Shown here: piece by piece, positions 59,156-64,000 of the stretch
How positions within the stretch are numbered: the first letter of the stretch is position 1
Layout of the letters: the number at the start of each line of letters is the position of its first letter
DNA from: an uncultured Butyrivibrio sp.
GTDB lineage: Bacteria > Bacillota > Clostridia > Lachnospirales > Lachnospiraceae
Length of the DNA stretch: 64,000 bases
Direction: 5' to 3'
Assembly: GCA_964405265.1 (NCBI GenBank)
Contig: CAYONC010000006.1
Location: forward strand, 38,174-102,173
Made by a program: the position numbers and the translations under genes
The notes under the pieces: generated by a model
The model's database searches: none
Told to the model about the DNA's origin: nothing
Seen by the model: the letters and a program-made list of their open reading frames with translations, nothing else

Positions 59156-60622
59156 ATGAACAAAAGAGAATTAACAGAATTTGCCCGCAATAATCGTTTT
59201 GCAATGATTGCCCACGGCTCAGACGCACTTATAATGTGCTGTCTCAGCATAATGCAGACAATCACCCTCGGCAGAGCCGTATGGCATATAATTGCCGCAC
59301 TCATTCTGGGACTTGCTCCCGTTGCAGGCGAGGTAATCTGCTGGTGCAGAAACCGCGAATCAACAATGATTAAGCATTTTGTAGGATACGGATACGCACT
59401 GTTCTATACATACTTTCTTTTTACATCCGCCAACAATATGTTTTTCCTGTTCGTTGTTCCAATGATTATTGTTATTGCAGTATATAATGATATAGCATAC
59501 TCCGTCAAAATCAATGTCGGCGTAATTATCGAGTGTGTTGCCGCCGTAATAATCGGCTGTAAAACCGGAAAATTAGGTTATCAGGGAATTGCATCAGCAG
59601 CCATACAGGTTATCACAACGGTGCTGGTAACGCTGTATTCATGCATTGCGTCCTCAGTTCTCAATGCCAACAATTCGCATAAATTAAAGAACATACGTGA
59701 TGCACGCGAACAGGTCGAGGAAGTGCTGAAGAACATTTCAAGAGTTTCGGAAGAAACACGCAAAGGAATTGAGGACATGAACCTCCACCTTGAGAAGCTC
59801 AGGGAAGCATCCGCCGGCACAAGAGATAACATGGAACATGTCACCTTAGGCATCGGTGATACCACTGAAGCCGTACAGGATCAGCTTCTTCAGACCGAGG
59901 CAATACAGACACGTGTTGATAATACAACGGAGGTTGCCGACTACATTGCAGAAAGCATGAATCTTACACTTTCCGTAATAGACACCGGCAGACAGGATAT
60001 TGAAGTGCTTGCCTCACAGGTTGATGAATCAGTCAGCAACGGAACGGAGGTTGCCGACAAGCTTAATAATCTTAATGAATACATTAAAGAAATGAATTCA
60101 ATCATAGAACTCATTAACGGTATAACCTCACAGACAAGTCTTCTTGCACTGAATGCAAGCATAGAGGCGGCAAGAGCAGGAGAAGCCGGACGCGGTTTTT
60201 CGGTTGTGGCAACCGAAATCTCCAATATGGCATCACAGACGAAAAGTGCAACCGTGAGCATTACACAGCTTATATCAGATATTTCACATTCAATTAATGA
60301 AGTGGTTACCGTTATCCGTCAGATGATTGAAGGAATCAATGCAGAAAAAACGGCAGCCGTAAATGCAGTTGACAGCTTTGAAAATATACGTACCAATACG
60401 CTGTCCGTCCGGGAAAATATATCAGGTCTTGTCAATACGGTTAAGGAGCTTCGTGATGCCAATCTTGTTATTGTAGACTCCGTCCAGCGTATATCAGGAG
60501 TTTCAGAGGAGGTATACGCAAGCGCAACTGAGACAATGAATGCAGAAGAAAACAATGCCGAAATCATTAACGGCATATCTGATATAATGCAGTCACTCCT
60601 GCATCTTACGGATGAAAACTGA
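59156..60622 (+). CDS. Methyl-accepting chemotaxis protein with multi-TM sensor
   Basis: About six N-terminal TMs; [31 protein letters not shown] signalling hairpin. Confidence 0.93.
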   Translation: MNKRELTEFARNNRFAMIAHGSDALIMCCLSIMQTITLGRAVWHIIAALILGLAPVAGEVICWCRNRESTMIKHFVGYGYALFYTYFLFTSANNMFFLFVVPMIIVIAVYNDIAYSVKINVGVIIECVAAVIIGCKTGKLGYQGIASAAIQVITTVLVTLYSCIASSVLNANNSHKLKNIRDAREQVEEVLKNISRVSEETRKGIEDMNLHLEKLREASAGTRDNMEHVTLGIGDTTEAVQDQLLQTEAIQTRVDNTTEVADYIAESMNLTLSVIDTGRQDIEVLASQVDESVSNGTEVADKLNNLNEYIKEMNSIIELINGITSQTSLLALNASIEAARAGEAGRGFSVVATEISNMASQTKSATVSITQLISDISHSINEVVTVIRQMIEGINAEKTAAVNAVDSFENIRTNTLSVRENISGLVNTVKELRDANLVIVDSVQRISGVSEEVYASATETMNAEENNAEIINGISDIMQSLLHLTDEN

Positions 60623-60635
60623 GTACCGGTGCAGC

Positions 60636-60678
60636 AAAGCGGAGCAGGTCTCTCAAAAATGAGGGCCTGCTCCGCTTT
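60636..60678. terminator. Bidirectional terminator between convergent MCP and sugar ABC genes
   Basis: aaagcggagcagg...cctgctccgcttt. Confidence 0.82.
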
Positions 60679-60704
60679 ATTCTTACAGAGGAGATATAAC
60701 AATT

Positions 60705-61529
60705 TTATTCTTTTACGGCTCCGGCACTTACTCCGGTGATAAGGAATCTTGAAAGTGCAAAATATAGTGCCACAATAGGTACCGCTATAAATATTGCACC
60801 TGCCGCAAATCTTGTAAATTCTGTTTCATCAAGATGCATAAGTCCGACCGCAACCGTCCATAAATCTTTATTTTTTAACAGAAGGTTAGGAAGTATAAAG
60901 TCACTCCACGGCCATGCAAACTGCGTAAGCGCCGTATATACAATAATAGGCTTGGACAGAGGCAGCGTTATGGATGTGAATACCTTGAAATTTCCTGCTC
61001 CGTCAATCCTTGCCGCTTCATATATGGAATTTGATATGGTATCAAAATACCCCTTCTGCACCAGATATCCCATCGGTGCACCGGCAGAATATATGAGAAT
61101 CAGGCTCCACAGTCTGTTAATCAGCCCAAAATTAACCATTAAGAGGTATACCGCCGTCATTCCCATGAAGCTTGGAAACATACTGAGAACAAGCGTGGAT
61201 TTCATAAGTATCTTTTTGCTTCTGAACTGAAAACGGCTTATCGTATATGCAGTAAGAATGACAAGTGTCGTTCCTATCAGGCTTGAACATATGGCAACAA
61301 ACAGAGTATTCTTCAGCCAGTTCGGATAATCATACATTCTTGTATCCGTAAACAGCTTAATATATCCGTTAAGGCTGTACATCTTAGGAAAAAATCCGTC
61401 CAGGTCATAAATTGAACCGCTTTTTGAAAAGGACGAAAGTATAAGCCAGAGGACAGGAAAGAAAAACACAAAACACACCGCTATAAGTATAATATATGTA
61501 ATTACCGTTTCTAATACATTCTTTTTCAT
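60705..61529 (-). CDS. Sugar ABC permease (MalG/GanQ-like)
   Basis: LKNTLFVA, AYTISRFQF, EAARIDGAG (EAA motif). Confidence 0.93.
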   Translation of the reverse strand: MKKNVLETVITYIILIAVCFVFFFPVLWLILSSFSKSGSIYDLDGFFPKMYSLNGYIKLFTDTRMYDYPNWLKNTLFVAICSSLIGTTLVILTAYTISRFQFRSKKILMKSTLVLSMFPSFMGMTAVYLLMVNFGLINRLWSLILIYSAGAPMGYLVQKGYFDTISNSIYEAARIDGAGNFKVFTSITLPLSKPIIVYTALTQFAWPWSDFILPNLLLKNKDLWTVAVGLMHLDETEFTRFAAGAIFIAVPIVALYFALSRFLITGVSAGAVKE

Positions 61530-62818
61530 CGGAAGGTGTCCTCCTTTTTAAAAGCTGCGCTTCTTACATATACGGAAAGTGATATAACTGATGTAATTAC
61601 AAAAATAATCAGACTCACTGCCGCTCCGATACCGTAATATGTATTGTCTATTGACAGATTATACAGCCAGTTAATGAGAAGGTCCGTATCACTTGCAAGA
61701 AAATAGCCATCCATATACAGGCCGCCGCGGAGAAAGTAAAACACTCCGAAATTATTAAAGTTATTTACAAAGCTTGTAATCAGCACCGGCGTCGTGGAAA
61801 AAACGACAAACGGAAGTGTAATCTTCTTGAACTGTTTCCACCTTCCGGCACCGTCAATGGACGCCGCCTCATACAGCTCCGTATTCATATTTGACAGAAT
61901 ACCGGTCGCAAGCAGCATCGACGTAGGAACTGACGTCCATGCATTAACAAAAAGTCCGATTATTTTTGCCCTGATTCCTGCATCCATATCAAGGAATCCG
62001 ACGGCACTTCCGCCTGCGGCGGTTATATAATAATTAACAGGACCGCCGTATGAAAACATGAACTTAAAGGCAATCAGTGTTATGAATCCCGGAACCGCAT
62101 ATGCGAGTATCGGAAATGCCCTCCAGAAGGTTTTGCCTTTTATGCACTTTTTGTTAAGAAGCAGTGCAAGCCCGAGTCCCCCGAAATAATTTATGAATGT
62201 GGAAAGCAGAGCCCATATAATATTCCAGCCGAATATTTTCAAAAAGGTCGTCTTCACTTCGGAAAGTGAAAAAATCTTTTTAAAATTATCAAGTCCGATC
62301 CAGTCAACCAGCTCCGGCGGAATTATGTCACCGCCGTAATTGGTAAAAGCAATGAGTATCATAAAAATTATCGGCAGAACATTAAAAATAAGTACACCTG
62401 CCACAGGGACAGCCAGTGCCACAACATAAAATTTTCTGTCAAGAAAACGTCCTGCCGCTTTGAAAATGCTTATGTTCTTCCTGCCTTCACGACAGTTGAT
62501 TTCACACTGCTTAACATCTCTTATATTGGATATGTGAATTATGATATATAAAAAAATGATTATGAATGCAAGTATTCCGCGAAGCATCATCATTACGGAA
62601 TCGTCACCTTCCGTGCCCAGCCACGGATCCGCCTTGACGGTACCGAGTGTAAAAAAGCCTGCAATATCCCTTATGCCCGTCTTCACCATATACACAACCA
62701 TGGCTGCAAATACGGACAGATACGCAATTCCTTTTACATATTGTCTGTACATAAGCTGACCCGTTCCCATGACTGCCATGGATGCGGCGACCTTAAACGG
62801 AAATTTTTTCTTTTCCAT
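61526..62818 (-). CDS. Sugar ABC permease (MalF/GanP-like)
   Basis: LIAFTNY, WIGLDNF, LYEAASIDGAGRWKQFKKITLP, FNNFGV. Confidence 0.93.
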   Translation of the reverse strand: MEKKKFPFKVAASMAVMGTGQLMYRQYVKGIAYLSVFAAMVVYMVKTGIRDIAGFFTLGTVKADPWLGTEGDDSVMMMLRGILAFIIIFLYIIIHISNIRDVKQCEINCREGRKNISIFKAAGRFLDRKFYVVALAVPVAGVLIFNVLPIIFMILIAFTNYGGDIIPPELVDWIGLDNFKKIFSLSEVKTTFLKIFGWNIIWALLSTFINYFGGLGLALLLNKKCIKGKTFWRAFPILAYAVPGFITLIAFKFMFSYGGPVNYYITAAGGSAVGFLDMDAGIRAKIIGLFVNAWTSVPTSMLLATGILSNMNTELYEAASIDGAGRWKQFKKITLPFVVFSTTPVLITSFVNNFNNFGVFYFLRGGLYMDGYFLASDTDLLINWLYNLSIDNTYYGIGAAVSLIIFVITSVISLSVYVRSAAFKKEDTFR

Positions 62819-62832
62819 ATGTGTATTCCCTT

Positions 62833-64000
62833 CTAATCTGCCAGTACAAATATTGCATCATATATATTTTTTGATGCTGTTTCAAGTGCCTTTTGAAAAT
62901 CCTGTTTGGAAACATACTTTTCGGTCTCGCCGTCATCCTTCCTGAATGCATCCTTTGCAACATCTGCCATGATTGTATGCACCGGAACCCATATCTGGTC
63001 CACTGCCTTTATGGAAGGCATAAGATATATTCTGCCCTCTTCAAGGCTCTTGAAAATAGTCTCCGCCGTTCCGTCAGTGTTTTCCGCAACATCTGAACGT
63101 ACAGGAGCAATTCCTAAAAGTTCGGTTCTGCGGTTAATCATTTCGTAGCCTGTTGCGAAATTCACAAATTCAATACAGGCATCTTTGTGCTTAGTGTAAG
63201 AGCTGATTCCGTAACCGTTTACACCACCCATGACTATCGTGCTTACATAATCTCCGGAATCACTGTTCAAATCACCATCGGCAGGCATATGTGCAGGAAG
63301 CTCAGTCATTTTAAGATTTTCTTCCGCCTTTTTTGTGGCTTCTGCCGTTCCAAGCGACTCTTCCGTTTCATAATATGTCGTCAGTTTTTCAAGAAAAAGA
63401 CTGTATGTATCCGGCGTCGAAACCGCACAAAAATACGTTCCGTCAGCAACCTTTTCATACCTGTTATATGTAATGGTATCATCAATACATCCCTTATACA
63501 TAAGTGATGACATCTGTTTTAATGCCGAAAGGCCGAGTGCCGCATTGCCCTCTGCAAAACCTATGTCTGCAGCATTGAGGCTTCCGTCTTCATTTTCACC
63601 AAATATGTACGAGCCGTATGACAGCATGAACGGCGACACAAGATACAGATTATTCATGGATGCCATAAACCCATACCTGTCCGGACTGTTCTCTCTTATA
63701 TATGCGGAATAAGCATATAAATCATTCCAGTTTTCAAAGAAATCAGGTGTTCCGTTCTTATTGTCATCCCAGTCTGTTTCCCAGTTTTCCGGCAGCATAT
63801 CCTCTCTGTAAAAGAGCATTGGCTCCTGTATGTTGACCGGCACTCCGCAATAATATGTATTTCCGTCCACGATTATCTTATATGCATCCCATGCTTCCTC
63901 AGGAACATATTCATAACAGTCAAAATCCTCTATATTAAGCGGCAGTATATGCTTATCCTCGGCATAGGTCATCAGCTTGTCATTAGCCTGATACAGTATG
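62833..64000 (-). CDS. Sugar ABC substrate-binding protein (MalE-like), start beyond the right edge
   Basis: YYCGVPVNIQEPMLFYREDML, GGVNGYGISSY, MPSIKAVDQIW; adjacent permeases. Confidence 0.85.
   Translation of the reverse strand, partial: ILYQANDKLMTYAEDKHILPLNIEDFDCYEYVPEEAWDAYKIIVDGNTYYCGVPVNIQEPMLFYREDMLPENWETDWDDNKNGTPDFFENWNDLYAYSAYIRENSPDRYGFMASMNNLYLVSPFMLSYGSYIFGENEDGSLNAADIGFAEGNAALGLSALKQMSSLMYKGCIDDTITYNRYEKVADGTYFCAVSTPDTYSLFLEKLTTYYETEESLGTAEATKKAEENLKMTELPAHMPADGDLNSDSGDYVSTIVMGGVNGYGISSYTKHKDACIEFVNFATGYEMINRRTELLGIAPVRSDVAENTDGTAETIFKSLEEGRIYLMPSIKAVDQIWVPVHTIMADVAKDAFRKDDGETEKYVSKQDFQKALETASKNIYDAIFVLAD

Noticed and set aside
1-64000. Mobile elements, prophage, tRNA or rRNA genes
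   Set aside because: No transposase, integrase or phage motifs and no cloverleaf or rRNA signatures recognised by eye; a tRNAscan/ISEScan run would be needed to exclude them fully

Overview
Chromosomal window from an anaerobic Clostridia-type Firmicute. Lachnospiraceae-like is an inference from gene content and order. Most genes are on the minus strand. No rRNA, tRNA, IS element, prophage or CRISPR array was recognised. Left to right: (1) cell-envelope block (DUF2142-like partial gene, LCP, priming sugar transferase, GT2, glmM-cdaR-cdaA); (2) fabF-fabH-acpP; (3) EAL protein, sce7726-like nuclease and S41 peptidase; (4) NAD cluster (nadC, nadB, nadA, tcdA, cinA/pncC, nadE) interleaved with secreted enzymes; (5) T-box-led aspS-gatA-gatB operon; (6) cobalamin-riboswitch-led ECF uptake operon with transcobalamin-like proteins; (7) ahpC/ahpF-like pair; (8) putative O-acetylated polysaccharide cluster with an internal c-di-GMP-I riboswitch; (9) double MacB/FtsX ABC exporter locus with one frameshifted permease; (10) citrate synthase, an MCP and a sugar ABC importer. 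The most striking observation is the tRNA-dependent amidation operon. GatC is not a separate gene but is fused in frame to the C-terminus of a non-discriminating-type AspRS. The intact, translationally coupled GatA has lost all three glutaminase catalytic residues (Lys, cis-Ser loop, Ser nucleophile) while keeping GatB-facing motifs. This suggests a covalently tethered transamidosome that may use free ammonia instead of glutamine. All family assignments come from motif recognition by eye, not database searches.
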